NCBI GenBank assembly: GCA_963664825.1
Contig: OY761614.1
Coordinates: forward strand, 2,656,001 to 2,720,000
Source: an uncultured Holophaga sp.
GTDB lineage: Bacteria; Acidobacteriota; Holophagae; Holophagales; Holophagaceae
Direction: 5' to 3'
DNA: 64,000 nucleotides
Below, piece after piece: positions 1-10,675 of this stretch. The translations under genes were made by a program, and so were the position numbers. The notes under the pieces were generated by a model. The model had not been told where the DNA came from. It searched no databases and saw nothing but the letters and a program-made list of their open reading frames with translations. The first letter of the stretch is position 1, and each line of letters starts with the position of its first letter.

Positions 1-2005
1 TCACGGTTTCCAGGCGATGGGCGATGACAATACGCGTGCAGCCCAACCTTGCGAGATTGGCGTGAACTCTCGCTTCTGTCTCCAGATCCAGGGAACTGGT
101 GGCCTCATCCAGCAGCAGGATGGAAGGCTCCAGCGCCACGGCACGAGCCAGGCAGAGGCGCTGTCGCTCACCCCCACTGAGGGTCTTGGCGTTTTCCCCC
201 AGACGGCTCTTGTAACCCTGGGGTAGCTTGGAGATCACCTCGTGGATATGGGCGACTTTGGCGGCCCACTGCACCCGCTCCATGGGCAGCTTGGGATCGC
301 GCAGCGCCACATTGGCGCGCACCGTGTCATCCAGCAGAAAGCTGTCCTGCATCACCACGCCCATCTGGCCCCGCAGTTTCTCGAGATCCAGAGTCCTGAG
401 GTCCTGGCGATCAAAGCGGATGGTTCCTTCCGTGGGTAGATGCATACCCATAAGCAGACGCGCCAGGGTGCTCTTGCCCGCTCCAGTGCGACCCACAAGG
501 GCAACCTTTTCTCCGGGTCCCAGAGAGAGAGAGATGTCCTGCAGAATCCATGGGGAGCCTTCCGCATAGCGAAAGCTCACACCCTCCAGATCGATGCGCC
601 CCATTAAGCGACCGGGATCGACGCTCCCCGAGGCTTCCGGCGCGCTCTCCATCACATCGTCCAAACGCAGCAGGTGGCTGGTGAGAAACTGGAGGTCCGT
701 AATGGCGCTGAGCATGGATTCCAGAGGGCCCATGTAGAGGCCCTGGAGCGCAAGAAAGGCGGTGAAGACGCCCAGTGTCATGCGCTCACCCAGCACTTCG
801 CGGCCTCCAACCCAGAAGAGAGCCGCGGTGGCGAGCCCCTGCAGAATGCCCATCAACTGGCTGGAAGTGATGGCCAGCTTTTGGCGTTCCATTGAAACGT
901 TTGTGCGGCGCACGAGGCGCGGAATCCACCGAGCCAGAACACGGTCTTCCGAAGCGGAAGCCTTGATGGTTTCAAGGCTTCCCAGGGCCTCTGTGAGGAT
1001 GGCACCCTCCTGACCCGAGACGGTGAGTTCCGTGGTCATCAGCTGCTGGTTTTGCTGACGAATGACCAGTAACAACACAACCCTCAAGGTGGAAAGCCCC
1101 ATAACTAAGAGGCCCAACTGCCAATGGTAGGCCAGCATAAGCGAGGAATAGCCAAGGAGCAGAAAGACATCCAGGATGGCGGAGACGCTACGGCTGGAAA
1201 AGAGATCCCGGATCTGGGCATTGCTCTCCAGGCGTTGCATGAGATCACCCGACTGGCGCTGGAGGAAAAAGCTGAGCGGCAGGTTGATGAGATGGGTGGT
1301 GAAGCCCTCCATCAGTTGCTTGTCCATGCGGTTCTGGAGCCCCTGCAGCACATAACTGCGGAGCAACCCCAGCAGGAGCTTGGCTACCAGGGCCAACGTA
1401 AGACCCACTGCAAGTCCCCATAACCAAGGCTGGTAGTGGGGCAAAAGCACCCGGTCCACCAGGACCTGACTGGCCACGGGAAATATCAGACCCACAGCCT
1501 GGAGCATGAGGGAAGCCCCCAGGAGCTGCACGAGACTGGGCCGAACGCTCCGCAGGATTTCCAGGTAGCGGCCCAAGCTTGGGAAGCGCCGCTTACGCTC
1601 GACAAAGTCGTTATCGGGAGCGAACACCAGCGCCACTCCCGTAAATGAAGTTCGAAATTCCGCCCAAGTGACGAAGCGCCTGCCCATCCCAGGATCCACG
1701 ATATGGACGCCCCTGGAGGTGATGCGCTCCAACACCACGAAATGCTTGAACTCCCAGTGGAGAATTGCGGGAAGAGGAAGATCCCGAATGTGCTCCACCT
1801 CCACCTTCACGGCCTCGGCCTCCAGGCCAAAACTCCGCCCAGCTTGAAGGATATTGGCGGCGTTGGCGCCATCCCGAGAGACCTTGCAGGCCTCGCGCAC
1901 CTCTGGAAGGGGCGCATGATGGCCCCAATAGCCCATCACCATAGCCAGCGCGGCGGCGCCGCACTCCACCATTTCCATCTGGGGGACGTAAGGAACGCGG
2001 TGCAT
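1..2005 (-). CDS. Peptidase-containing ABC transporter (C39 peptidase + TM + ATPase; LanT/SunT-like), 3' end outside the window
   Basis: Manual translation from ATG 2005: MHRVPYVPQMEMVECGAAALAMV...LPAILHWEFKHFVVLE (C39 catalytic Cys/His); Walker A GRTGAGKST near 470-500. Missing from the ORF track because there is no stop in the window. Confidence 0.93.
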   Translation of the reverse strand, partial: MHRVPYVPQMEMVECGAAALAMVMGYWGHHAPLPEVREACKVSRDGANAANILQAGRSFGLEAEAVKVEVEHIRDLPLPAILHWEFKHFVVLERITSRGVHIVDPGMGRRFVTWAEFRTSFTGVALVFAPDNDFVERKRRFPSLGRYLEILRSVRPSLVQLLGASLMLQAVGLIFPVASQVLVDRVLLPHYQPWLWGLAVGLTLALVAKLLLGLLRSYVLQGLQNRMDKQLMEGFTTHLINLPLSFFLQRQSGDLMQRLESNAQIRDLFSSRSVSAILDVFLLLGYSSLMLAYHWQLGLLVMGLSTLRVVLLLVIRQQNQQLMTTELTVSGQEGAILTEALGSLETIKASASEDRVLARWIPRLVRRTNVSMERQKLAITSSQLMGILQGLATAALFWVGGREVLGERMTLGVFTAFLALQGLYMGPLESMLSAITDLQFLTSHLLRLDDVMESAPEASGSVDPGRLMGRIDLEGVSFRYAEGSPWILQDISLSLGPGEKVALVGRTGAGKSTLARLLMGMHLPTEGTIRFDRQDLRTLDLEKLRGQMGVVMQDSFLLDDTVRANVALRDPKLPMERVQWAAKVAHIHEVISKLPQGYKSRLGENAKTLSGGERQRLCLARAVALEPSILLLDEATSSLDLETEARVHANLARLGCTRIVIAHRLETV

Positions 2006-2011
2006 CACGGG

Positions 2012-3283
2012 CTACTCCAGCCAGCGTCGCAGGGGATCCAGCACGATGGTGATGAGGCGCTGCCGCCGCAGGGTAAAGCGAGCCGAAAGTAGCATACCGG
2101 GGCGGATCTTCACACCCGAGAGACGCTTGGAGCGCTCGGGCTGCAGTTCGATCTCCACGCGATAGGCCGGCGTATCCAGCTTGCCTGTTTCTCCAAGGGC
2201 TTCCTGGATTTCATACTGAGAGGCCAGATCAGACCCAATGCGCGTGACGCGGCCTTTCAAGGTGCCAAACTCCGTGAAAAGATAGGCCTCCATTTCCAGC
2301 AATACCTGATCGCCCGACTTAACGAAGGCCCGGTCCTTTTCGGGCAGGAAGGCCACCACCTGCAGCGGCGAGTCCTCAGAGATGATCTTGGCGATGGTCT
2401 GCCCCGGCTGAAGGAGATCCCCAGGACGCGCCACCAAAGCCTCCAAAAAACCCGCTACTGGCGCCAAAACATTCGTCTGGCGCAGCGAGGAATCCAGGGC
2501 ATCCCGCTTCGACTGGGAGCCATTCAGATCCTGGAGCCGTTGCCACTGGTTGCGTTGCCGCTGGCTCTCAAGAGTCGAAAACTCCTGGCGAAGCTGCACC
2601 ATTTGCTGCTTCGCACTATCGAGTGTGCGTAGGGCCGCATTGAGTTGATCCTGAGCCTCGTCTAGATTGATGGGTGCCACCAATTTTTCCACGAGCAGTC
2701 TGCGCGTAGCTTCCACTCTCTTTTCCTGGATTTTCACAGAACTCTCAAAGCTTTTCACTTGCGTGTCCTGATGGACAAGCTTCGTCTGCACAGCTCGAAG
2801 TTGTTCCTGGAGCAACTTGTCTTCTCGCTCGGTGAAGGTTTCCCCCTGGGAGCGCAGGAGCTGCAATTGGCGATCCGTTTCCAGGATGGCGCCCTGCACC
2901 TGGGCCGAATCAATGCGGGCGATGGGCTGGCCTTCCCTCAATGTATCGCCACTGTGAGCATAGGTCTCGGCCAGCACTCCCCCAACCTGAGCCTGGATCA
3001 GGCGCACACCCGCTAAAGGGTGCAGAATCCCCTTGCCCGTATCTTGCACTTCCACTTTGCCGAGGATCGCTGCCAGAAGGGCCACCAGCAAGACGCTTCC
3101 GAGGGCGAAGAAGAGCGACCAGGTCCAGGGAGGCGAGACCCGCAGGGGCTCGCGGATATCCTCATTCTTCATGAGATGTTCGAGAGCTTCCTGACGGAAA
3201 ATGGACGAAGAGGGCTGGGGATCGGATTCCAATGGGGCTCCGGGAGGTATGCGCTTTAAGAAAATAGTCACTGACACAACCAT
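2012..3283 (-). CDS. HlyD-family secretion adaptor (membrane fusion protein)
   Basis: N-terminal IFRQEAL motif, single TM helix, coiled coil, lipoyl-like VLAPVAG, C-terminal IRPGM; directly upstream of the ABC transporter. Confidence 0.9.
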   Translation of the reverse strand: MVVSVTIFLKRIPPGAPLESDPQPSSSIFRQEALEHLMKNEDIREPLRVSPPWTWSLFFALGSVLLVALLAAILGKVEVQDTGKGILHPLAGVRLIQAQVGGVLAETYAHSGDTLREGQPIARIDSAQVQGAILETDRQLQLLRSQGETFTEREDKLLQEQLRAVQTKLVHQDTQVKSFESSVKIQEKRVEATRRLLVEKLVAPINLDEAQDQLNAALRTLDSAKQQMVQLRQEFSTLESQRQRNQWQRLQDLNGSQSKRDALDSSLRQTNVLAPVAGFLEALVARPGDLLQPGQTIAKIISEDSPLQVVAFLPEKDRAFVKSGDQVLLEMEAYLFTEFGTLKGRVTRIGSDLASQYEIQEALGETGKLDTPAYRVEIELQPERSKRLSGVKIRPGMLLSARFTLRRQRLITIVLDPLRRWLE

Positions 3284-3327
3284 CCAGGTTGCAGGGGGTT
3301 CACAATCTGGACGCCTTGATAGCTTGG

Positions 3328-6300
3328 CTATTCTACCTTGGCTAGGGTAGCGTTTTTGGCCTTCTTCCGCTGCCGAGCTAGGCGGGATTCGTAGAGGCGA
3401 TCCAGGAAATCGTAGATGACGAATTCTTGGTTCCGCTGAGCGGAGCGCAGGAGGCGGTTCACGTGCATGTGCGTGAAGCTGGGAGCCAGTTCCGCCCGGG
3501 TGCTCGTCAGGCGGCCTTGCGCTTCCAGATCCCGCAACCGTTCCCAGCAGGATGCCAAAGCCTTGTCCCGCCGATCCAGGATGGCGAGCCCCGGCGCCAG
3601 GACTTCGCTCTGGTTTTCCTCACAAAGAAACGCCTCCAGCTCCTTGCGGAGCTTGCGGAACTTGTCCCCCAATTGCACGTCCAGCCCGCGCTTGCTGCTG
3701 AACTCTCGGCCAAAGCCCTCCCTGGCTTGATGGATCAGGTGGGCCTTGGTCCCGAAATCGAACGCCATGCCATCCAAAAGTCCATCCACGGCCTTGAGAC
3801 CCAAGCGCCAGCGGAGGTCCGCGCCACTATCACCCGGATAGGCCTGCACCAGTCCCAGAATGGCCTGGCTATCCCGCCAGAAAAATTCTTCCGCCAGCTC
3901 GATGCCCGCGGAGCCGCCATAGCGCTCCAGTTCACGCTCGTAGGTGTCAAGTTGCACCTTCCAACAGAGACCTTCGATCATCAGTGGCGCAAACCGTTCG
4001 TAAATTTTGGGCTGAAGCTTTGTGGTGAGTGCGCGGGAATCACCATGGAAGCGAAGGCGCAGATGATGACCCCCCTCGTTGTAGCGGATGAAGAACCAGC
4101 GGTCATAGAGTTCCTGGGTTGCTTCCAGTAGCGGCGCGATGTGGTTGGCCAGTATCTGGTCAGCAGTGCTGGTGCCGGTATAGACCTTGAGATAGAGCCA
4201 TTCCGAGCCCGGTAGGAAGTTGCGCACAGTTTGGGTTTGCGCCGGGTGGGCAGGTTGGGTTTCGGCGAAAATCGACGTTGAACCCTCACTCTTGGCGAGT
4301 GAGGGTGTGAGGGGGGCTTCCCGCAGAAAGGGCACCACCAGTTCGTGGCAGAACCGCCCTTCGGGCCCTGTGGCCAGAAGGCAATCAGGCTCGGGAAAGC
4401 ATTCCTGCAATTCGAAGGCAGGTCGCTTGGCCACAAGTCCCAGGAGGGTTTCCAGCCAGAGGAGGTTTTCCAGGTCCACCAGCAACGTGTTGTCACCGTC
4501 TGCCAGGAGCACCATGCGGGGCAGTTTCCGCTTCTCGCGCCAAGCCTGAAAGAGGGCGAAGAGTTCCGCCCCCTTGGCCTCCTGGATTTCCTTGAGTTCC
4601 TTACTCTCCACGCGCCACTTGGCCTTGCAGAGGATGTGGCGTCCCTTTCGCACTCTGGGCAGGAAGGGCAGACCGTCCAGATTCCCCCAGGTCCAACCGC
4701 TATTGATGGCGTACTGATCCTGCATCCGACAGAGAAAGCGATAGACCCCAAGGCCCCTGGAATAGTTGTGGGCCGTGCTGAGACGGGGCATGATCTCCTT
4801 CTTCAACCGCTCGGAGCGCAACACCACACGATCACCCACCACGGAGACCTGAAGATCCTGGAGGGGAATCTGAAACCCATCCTCGGCACCACTCACGCCC
4901 AGGAAAGGGATCTCGTAGCCGCGGAGCAGGGGGCGACACAGAATATTGCCCATGCGTCCCTCGGGCAAATGGACGATTTCCGCGAAAATAGCATCCGGTG
5001 CCAGGGCCTCTTCGGCCGCAAGATGGGCCTTCACGGCCTTCTCCAACCGCAGATCTCCGTGGCAGAAACGCCCCAGGAGCCTCGCGCCGGAGGGCCCCGA
5101 AAAGTGCTCGAGCAGCATCTCGAATTCTCCTGCATCGAGGGCATCATGCGAACGAGCCGCCAGCACGGGCAAGGCGGCGAAGGCGTCCGGATAGTTCGGC
5201 GTATCGGCATTTTTCAAGGTCTTCAGATCATCGGAAGCCAGATCCCATTCTTCTTCCCCAGGTTTGGCCATGAGGTGCTTTAAGAGATAGAGCTCCCGAA
5301 CCGTGAAGGGAGCCCCCCCCTGTTCCTCACGCCCCGGAAAGGCCAGGCCTTCCAACAGCGGTGCCCCTTCGGCGCCAGGAGCATTCCCGCTCTCGAACCC
5401 GATGCCGCTTTCGTCGTCCAATACTTCCAGGAGGGAAATCCAGCGGGATTCGTAACGTTCCCTGAAGGAGTCGATGAATCGCTTCATGGAGTTGCCGCCC
5501 CTGGGAGGTGCCAGACAACGCAGCAGCTCGATGCCCTCCTCGATCTCCCGGCGAACCTTGACGCTGAGCCGCGCATCAGGCGCTGGCTTCACCAGATCCA
5601 CCTGGAAGAGATGCTTGAGCTTGATCTTCGCCGGCAGGGCCTCCAGATCCTTGGCCAACTGCCGGTAGGTTTCGGGAATGCGTGCACATGTATTTGCATC
5701 CAGAGCCTCGATGCGCTCCAAGGCCGAACCCAGTTGTTCCCCCAGTTCCTGGGTATCGGAATGCCCCTTCAGCCGTGCCACCACCCCATGGATCGGCTCC
5801 TCTCCTGTCACCGCCGGATAGAGATTCGACACCAGCACCTGGTTATCGATCAGCTCGTGGATGTAGCTGCTGGCATCCTCGTAGCTGACTTCCTCTTCCA
5901 TCAAGGGACGGGCCAGCTCCTCGATGGAAACCCCCACCTTGGCGCGCTCCAGGGTGGCTTCCAGGTAGGGTGTGGGCTCCAGGGCCACCAGGTGATAATC
6001 TCGGCCCCGCTCGGCGCTGAAGCGCACTTCCGCATACCGAAGCCGTCCCGCGGCGGTGTATAGGCTTGTGTTGGGCCGGTATCGCAGGGTGCCCCGCACC
6101 ACAGGATCTTTTTCCAGCGCTTCGACCAGGGAGCAGAGATAGTCCATATCCAGGCGCGTATGACGAAGACCGGTCTCCATTCCTTCTACTTTCAGCAGGC
6201 TATCCTCGCCCCAGACCCCCGTAGAACAGCCCGAGAAGAGTCCAAAGGGCGTAGAACGCGAGGCCATGCGGGACAAATACCGCACCAGGCTCCGCTCCAC

Positions 6301-6582
6301 GCGATCCTGCTTCTCTCCCGTCAACTTGCCCTGAAGCCAGGGATCCAACATCTCCTCCATATCCGGGGAAGCCACGAAAATGGCCTCCCGAATTTCGGAG
6401 CGCTGAAGGGCGGCGCGCAATTTGCTCCGCATTGCATCGCGATCCGCTTCCAGCGCAAAGGCCAGATCATCGACCCCTGCATGAGGGCCGTGCAAATCCA
6501 AGGACCAATCCGTCAGGAAATCATAGGGAAGGGCTGGGGTGCGAAAGGCAAAGAAGGGTTCTGTCTTGAACGTATGGGTCAC
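3328..6582 (-). CDS. lanB: Class I lanthipeptide dehydratase, full length (glutamylation + elimination domains)
   Basis: 1084 aa with RMASRSTPFGLF, PRLSTAHN, WLYLKVY, WFFIRY..HLRLRF, YERELERYGG and HMHVNRL motifs. Confidence 0.95.
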   Translation of the reverse strand: MTHTFKTEPFFAFRTPALPYDFLTDWSLDLHGPHAGVDDLAFALEADRDAMRSKLRAALQRSEIREAIFVASPDMEEMLDPWLQGKLTGEKQDRVERSLVRYLSRMASRSTPFGLFSGCSTGVWGEDSLLKVEGMETGLRHTRLDMDYLCSLVEALEKDPVVRGTLRYRPNTSLYTAAGRLRYAEVRFSAERGRDYHLVALEPTPYLEATLERAKVGVSIEELARPLMEEEVSYEDASSYIHELIDNQVLVSNLYPAVTGEEPIHGVVARLKGHSDTQELGEQLGSALERIEALDANTCARIPETYRQLAKDLEALPAKIKLKHLFQVDLVKPAPDARLSVKVRREIEEGIELLRCLAPPRGGNSMKRFIDSFRERYESRWISLLEVLDDESGIGFESGNAPGAEGAPLLEGLAFPGREEQGGAPFTVRELYLLKHLMAKPGEEEWDLASDDLKTLKNADTPNYPDAFAALPVLAARSHDALDAGEFEMLLEHFSGPSGARLLGRFCHGDLRLEKAVKAHLAAEEALAPDAIFAEIVHLPEGRMGNILCRPLLRGYEIPFLGVSGAEDGFQIPLQDLQVSVVGDRVVLRSERLKKEIMPRLSTAHNYSRGLGVYRFLCRMQDQYAINSGWTWGNLDGLPFLPRVRKGRHILCKAKWRVESKELKEIQEAKGAELFALFQAWREKRKLPRMVLLADGDNTLLVDLENLLWLETLLGLVAKRPAFELQECFPEPDCLLATGPEGRFCHELVVPFLREAPLTPSLAKSEGSTSIFAETQPAHPAQTQTVRNFLPGSEWLYLKVYTGTSTADQILANHIAPLLEATQELYDRWFFIRYNEGGHHLRLRFHGDSRALTTKLQPKIYERFAPLMIEGLCWKVQLDTYERELERYGGSAGIELAEEFFWRDSQAILGLVQAYPGDSGADLRWRLGLKAVDGLLDGMAFDFGTKAHLIHQAREGFGREFSSKRGLDVQLGDKFRKLRKELEAFLCEENQSEVLAPGLAILDRRDKALASCWERLRDLEAQGRLTSTRAELAPSFTHMHVNRLLRSAQRNQEFVIYDFLDRLYESRLARQRKKAKNATLAKVE

Positions 6583-6809
6583 AGGTTATTCCGTAAAATA
6601 ATCATTTAGTAGGCTTAATATCATGGCGCAATCCCATTATTATGGGGACCAAGTCCAAGACGCATTTCGAGTTGATGGTCGAAGTGGTCGCGTAGAGCTG
6701 CGCTGTCGGAGTTTGGCCAGTATCACAATACTAAACCGAGCCGGGGAGGGCGGGCGCCCCTCCAAACACAGCGCTTCATTCAACATCCATTAATCATGTA
6801 TATAACAAA

Positions 6810-6837
6810 GTGCCGCCCAGTGTTAACTGGGCGACAC
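6810..6837 (-). terminator. Hairpin downstream of the first precursor gene (attenuator or mRNA stabiliser)
   Basis: gtg-c-cgcccagt gtta actgggcg-a-cac inverted repeat followed by tttgtt on the minus strand. Confidence 0.5.
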
Positions 6838-6882
6838 CCCCCCCGGTAGGGGACCAAATGTCATGCCACTCCTACGCGACTA

Positions 6883-7053
6883 TTAGCAAAAATTATCCGT
6901 ATGCACACAGGTGTAGGCGGCATCGTAGGTTGGCCCCATATTCTTCTGGCAGGTGCAAATTGTATCGGGACCTTTCTTGCTTCCTCCAAACACCAGAGTT
7001 GCCTCATTCGAGGATAGGTGAGCCAGAGTCTCTTTATTAAGTTTAAGCGTCAT
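6883..7053 (-). CDS. lanA: Lanthipeptide precursor 1 (56 aa): MTLKLNKETLAHLSSNEATLVFGG|SKKGPDTICTCQKNMGPTYDAAYTCVHTDNFC
   Basis: Manual translation; SD AAGGAG 5 nt upstream; LxLxKx5L leader, GG cleavage motif, core with 4 Cys and 6 Ser/Thr; directly upstream of lanB. Confidence 0.92.
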   Translation of the reverse strand: MTLKLNKETLAHLSSNEATLVFGGSKKGPDTICTCQKNMGPTYDAAYTCVHTDNFC

Positions 7054-7294
7054 GATGTCTCCTTGGAGATTGCCCCTACTTAGGGGGTGGGTTGGTTGGG
7101 TATGGAGAATAATTAGGTCGAAAAATTACACTTCGGCTGACTATGTCTCCGATTGTCTGGGATCAAGACGTTTGTTCACAGTAACTCACTAAAATCGGCG
7201 AGAGTCAAATGGAAATCTGGTTCTTGGCTATTGTGCATGTGGCTGTAAGTCTCCACCCGTTCAGACAGGCTTCACCGTGCTTCCCATGCGCTGT

Positions 7295-7437
7295 CTCGGG
7301 CGCTATCGGAGGCACCCAAGGGACTGCGAAACCAGGCCGGAGAGCAGCCTCGCCTGGATCCACTCAGCTTTCATCCGACTGCTGTGACCAGAAGTTCGGC
7401 GGCTTGAGGAGACCAGCATGATTTTGCAGACACCCTC
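7295..7437 (+). pseudogene. IS5-family (IS1031-like) transposase C-terminal remnant with right end
   Basis: Translates LGRYRRHPRDCETRPESSLAWIHSAFIRLL, then a terminal-IR-like ttttgcagacaccctc. Confidence 0.6.
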
Positions 7438-7466
7438 TGAGGAGGATTTTATTGGGCTCTTTAGGC

Positions 7467-9094
7467 GTATCGATTCACCCCCCCTTCAGGTTCAACTCGT
7501 GATTGAGGGGGGGGGAATCACTGCAAGTGAATAATTTACTTGTACTTCGGTCTCAAACCAGTCAGATTCTAAAGGATGGAGCTTGATCCCGTTCTGACTG
7601 ATCCGCGTTATCTGGCGCTGGCTGCCGAGAACGGGGAACTGCGTGCGGAAATGACTCGCCTGCGGGAGACGATGGAACGTCTGGAGAAGCTGCTGGAGTC
7701 CCTCCAGGAGCGGCTCGGGAAAGACAGTCGCAACAGCAGCAAGCCTCCCAGCTCGGACGGGCCCGCAGCACCGCCCAAACCACCGATGCCGCCCACGGGG
7801 CGCAAGCGCGGCGGCCAACCGGGACGGAAGGGGTCCGCTCGGGTGATGTTGCCGGAGGGCAGCGAGGATCGGACCGTGGCGGTGCCCCTCGCCTGCTGCC
7901 CCCACTGCCGCGGCGAGGTTCCTTCAGGGGCCATCACCGGGACGCGCCTGCACCGGGTGGTGGATCTGGCTCAGCGACTCACAGATGTCATCGCTTACGC
8001 GCTGGAGGAGGGCATCTGCCCGCATTGCCAGCGAAAGGTCCGGGCTGCACTGCCACCGGAGGCCGCGCCCGGCGGGATCGGCCCGCGCCTCCAGGCTGCG
8101 GCGGCCTATCTGCGCACGGAGGGCCGCATGAGCCTGACGCCGCTCCAACGTTTCCTCTCGGAGGTGACGGGCGTAGCGGTCTCACGCGGTTGGCTGCATG
8201 AGAGCGGCGTGGCCCTCGGGAACCATCTGCTGCCCGCCTGGGAGGACCTCTCCCAGCAGATCCGTACGGCGGACGTGCTCAACCTCGACGAGACTGGCTT
8301 TGGGCGGAAGGATCGGGACTGGATTTGGGTGGCCCTTTCCGCCCGCACGGCCCTCTTCCACTTCAGCGACACCCGTGGGGCGAGGGCCCTGACCGCGATG
8401 CTTCCCGAGGATTTCAGTGGCGTCATCGGAACGGACCGGTATGGCGCCTACAACGCCTTGAAATCTGCCGTTCGCCAGTTCTGCTGGGCCCATTTGCGCA
8501 GGGAGTTCATCGCCCTCAGCGAATCCGCGAAGCCCGAGGTGGCCGCGCTGGGGAAGCGCCTCCTGACCGAGCAGGAGGAGGTCTTTGCGCTGTGGCACGC
8601 CTTCCGGGCCAACGAGATCAGCCGCAAGGATCTGCGGGCCTGCACCGCCCTCAATCTGGCGCGGCTCAAACGCGGCCTGATCCAGGCCAGCACGATGGAA
8701 CACAGGGCCGCCCGGAACCTCGGGAAGGACCTCCTCCGAAAATGGGACAAGCTCTGGGTGTTCCTGAAGGTCGAAGGCGTGGAACCCACCAACAACGCCG
8801 CCGAGCGCGCCCTGCGCCCCCTCGTGATCCTCAAGCGGATCTTCCAGCGGCTGCCCAGCGCGGACGGAAAGCGATTCTTCGAACGGCTCCTGAGCCTGGG
8901 CACCACCGCCCGCATTCGCGGCGTCCCCTACTTCGACTGGCTGCTCAAGGCCCTCCACGCTGCCCAATCGAATCAGCCCCTACCGGCACTGGAACCGGCC
9001 TGAGGCTGACAGGACAAGCGGTACATCACCAGCCCATCACGGGTGGCTGCCACCGGCTTACGCGGTCGCTGGGACAAAGGGGGTGAATCGATAC
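7467..9094 (+). mobile_element. IS66-family element (single ORF), copy 1
   Basis: Terminal IR gtatcgattcacccc / ggggtgaatcgatac; 8-bp target duplication ctttaggc at 7459-7466 and 9095-9102. Confidence 0.93.
7576..9003 (+). CDS. IS66-family DDE transposase
   Basis: Leucine zipper, NSSKPPSSD, CPHC zinc fingers, DETG, TDRYGAY, QFCWAHLRR, PTNNAAERALR. Confidence 0.93.
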   Translation: MELDPVLTDPRYLALAAENGELRAEMTRLRETMERLEKLLESLQERLGKDSRNSSKPPSSDGPAAPPKPPMPPTGRKRGGQPGRKGSARVMLPEGSEDRTVAVPLACCPHCRGEVPSGAITGTRLHRVVDLAQRLTDVIAYALEEGICPHCQRKVRAALPPEAAPGGIGPRLQAAAAYLRTEGRMSLTPLQRFLSEVTGVAVSRGWLHESGVALGNHLLPAWEDLSQQIRTADVLNLDETGFGRKDRDWIWVALSARTALFHFSDTRGARALTAMLPEDFSGVIGTDRYGAYNALKSAVRQFCWAHLRREFIALSESAKPEVAALGKRLLTEQEEVFALWHAFRANEISRKDLRACTALNLARLKRGLIQASTMEHRAARNLGKDLLRKWDKLWVFLKVEGVEPTNNAAERALRPLVILKRIFQRLPSADGKRFFERLLSLGTTARIRGVPYFDWLLKALHAAQSNQPLPALEPA

Positions 9095-9153
9095 CTTTAG
9101 GCGGGGCCTGAAGGCTGCGTTGGGTAAGAACTTAGGGAAATGAAAATCCGCGT

Positions 9154-10470
9154 TCAAAGGTGGTCCGGCAGACTGAGCATCATGAACCGGTCCCATTTGG
9201 GCTCGATGCCCAGCGCCGCCAAAAGCGCCAAACCCGCTCCCGCTGCTCCTTCCAGCAGGCCTGGATCCGGCTTGTAGGGGTTTGTGTTCTCCTTGGCCTT
9301 GCCCTCCGCGTCCATCTCGGGCTTGTAGGTGGTGTAGCCCGCGAAAGGACCACCGGGATTGCGCGTGCCGATGAGATGTTCCAGGTACATCTGAGCGGCC
9401 TGGCGGAAACACGCCTCGCCTGTGAGTTGGAACAGGCGCTGAAAGATGAGTACATTGCCCGCGCTGCCATGGCAGAGAGAGATATCGCGCACACCCGACG
9501 TCTCCAGGGGACGTGCGGCAGCCAGCCGTGCCATGTCGAGGGCCTTGGCTTCCCAGTCTGGCCTGCCCGCTAGGTGGGCCGCGTTCAGGATAGCCAGCGA
9601 AGCGCCGAGGTCGCCATAGCACCAGGCTACGCGGCCTGCGTGGGGTTCCACCTCTGGCCTTTCCTGTTCCACGGGGCACCAGCTCGGCAGGTACGATCCA
9701 CTCTCCGGAGACTGGAACTGGCTGAAGAGCCACGCCATGCCTCCTTCCAGGAGCTTCGTCACTCGCCGGGAATCGATCTCTGGATGCTGCTGGCCCACCC
9801 TACCCATCGCGGCAAGAAGCAACAGAATCCCCGGTACACCATGGGCCAACCCCAGGTTCAAGTAACCCTGAGGGGCCAGCTCCCGCTGCCAAGTGGGCAG
9901 CAGCCCGGGCGCCGTGGGCCAACTGTGTCCCGTGGGGCGGGGCACAGCCAAGGCTTCCAAATGGTCCAAAATTCTGGCCAGAACCTGTCTGGCCCCAGGC
10001 CTGGACAGGCGTTCCAACGCGTAGACCCCATAGCCCACCAGACCTGAGATTAGGTCGTAACCGTCCCGCCATGGGCTCGGCGCCAGGAGGTCTTGCAACA
10101 CCTCATCCACACCTTCGTTTGCGTCCTCTTCCTCGGTATCCTTGAAAACTTCTTGCTGCAGATGCTCTATGGCCCAGGCGATGCCCGAATAACCCGAATA
10201 GAATTGCGCTCCGGGAGTGCGATCCACCCGTTCCACCGCTCGGCTCAGCATATCCATGGCCCGTTTCTGGAGCGCTTCCCGACCCGAAAGTTTGGAAAGA
10301 TAGCCCAGGTAGAGGGCCGTCCCTGCCGTACCTCCGGAAAGACATGGATGTGTCTGCTCGGCGTCGAAATCCAAGGCCAGAGCCAGTTCGTCCAGGATGG
10401 GCAAGATGGATGCGCGTTGGGATTCGGAGGCCAGGGGAGGCCAGGTTGAGCGGGTTAATGTGCAAAGCAT
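9154..10470 (-). CDS. lanC: Lanthionine cyclase
   Basis: YDLISGLVG, GLAHG, AWCYG and SLCHG (Zn ligands present), GLLEGAAG repeats. Confidence 0.95.
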   Translation of the reverse strand: MLCTLTRSTWPPLASESQRASILPILDELALALDFDAEQTHPCLSGGTAGTALYLGYLSKLSGREALQKRAMDMLSRAVERVDRTPGAQFYSGYSGIAWAIEHLQQEVFKDTEEEDANEGVDEVLQDLLAPSPWRDGYDLISGLVGYGVYALERLSRPGARQVLARILDHLEALAVPRPTGHSWPTAPGLLPTWQRELAPQGYLNLGLAHGVPGILLLLAAMGRVGQQHPEIDSRRVTKLLEGGMAWLFSQFQSPESGSYLPSWCPVEQERPEVEPHAGRVAWCYGDLGASLAILNAAHLAGRPDWEAKALDMARLAAARPLETSGVRDISLCHGSAGNVLIFQRLFQLTGEACFRQAAQMYLEHLIGTRNPGGPFAGYTTYKPEMDAEGKAKENTNPYKPDPGLLEGAAGAGLALLAALGIEPKWDRFMMLSLPDHL

Positions 10471-10573
10471 GGGGACCTCACAAAGGGAATTCCGGCCTGG
10501 CGAATCGATGGGCAGTTAGGAAGGCCATTCTCTTGGGAAAAGACAAGGAGCATATTCCGACAGGGCCAAGGGT

Positions 10574-10675
10574 TTAGAAACAGTTTACTGGAGTGTAACG
10601 GATTTCCGTTTCTTCGCGGAATAGCGTGAGGCAACCCACCTCCAGCCGGGACAGAGATAAACGGATTGCCTTCAT
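10574..10675 (-). CDS. Putative 33-aa peptide with lanthipeptide-leader-like N-terminus: MKAIRLSLSRLEVGCLTLFREETEIRYTPVNCF
   Basis: SD AAGGAG 7 nt upstream of ATG 10675; L-x-L-x-R-x5-L pattern; directly upstream of lanC. Confidence 0.55.
   Translation of the reverse strand: MKAIRLSLSRLEVGCLTLFREETEIRYTPVNCF

Noticed and set aside
6823..6864. 13-codon ORF MTFGPLPGGVSPS after precursor 1 with an AGGAG site
   Set aside because: No leader motif or Cys, and it overlaps a hairpin; probably chance.
7503..7520. Poly-G tract in the IS66 left end differs between copies (G9, G9, G8)
   Set aside because: Cannot be separated from homopolymer sequencing error or neutral drift.
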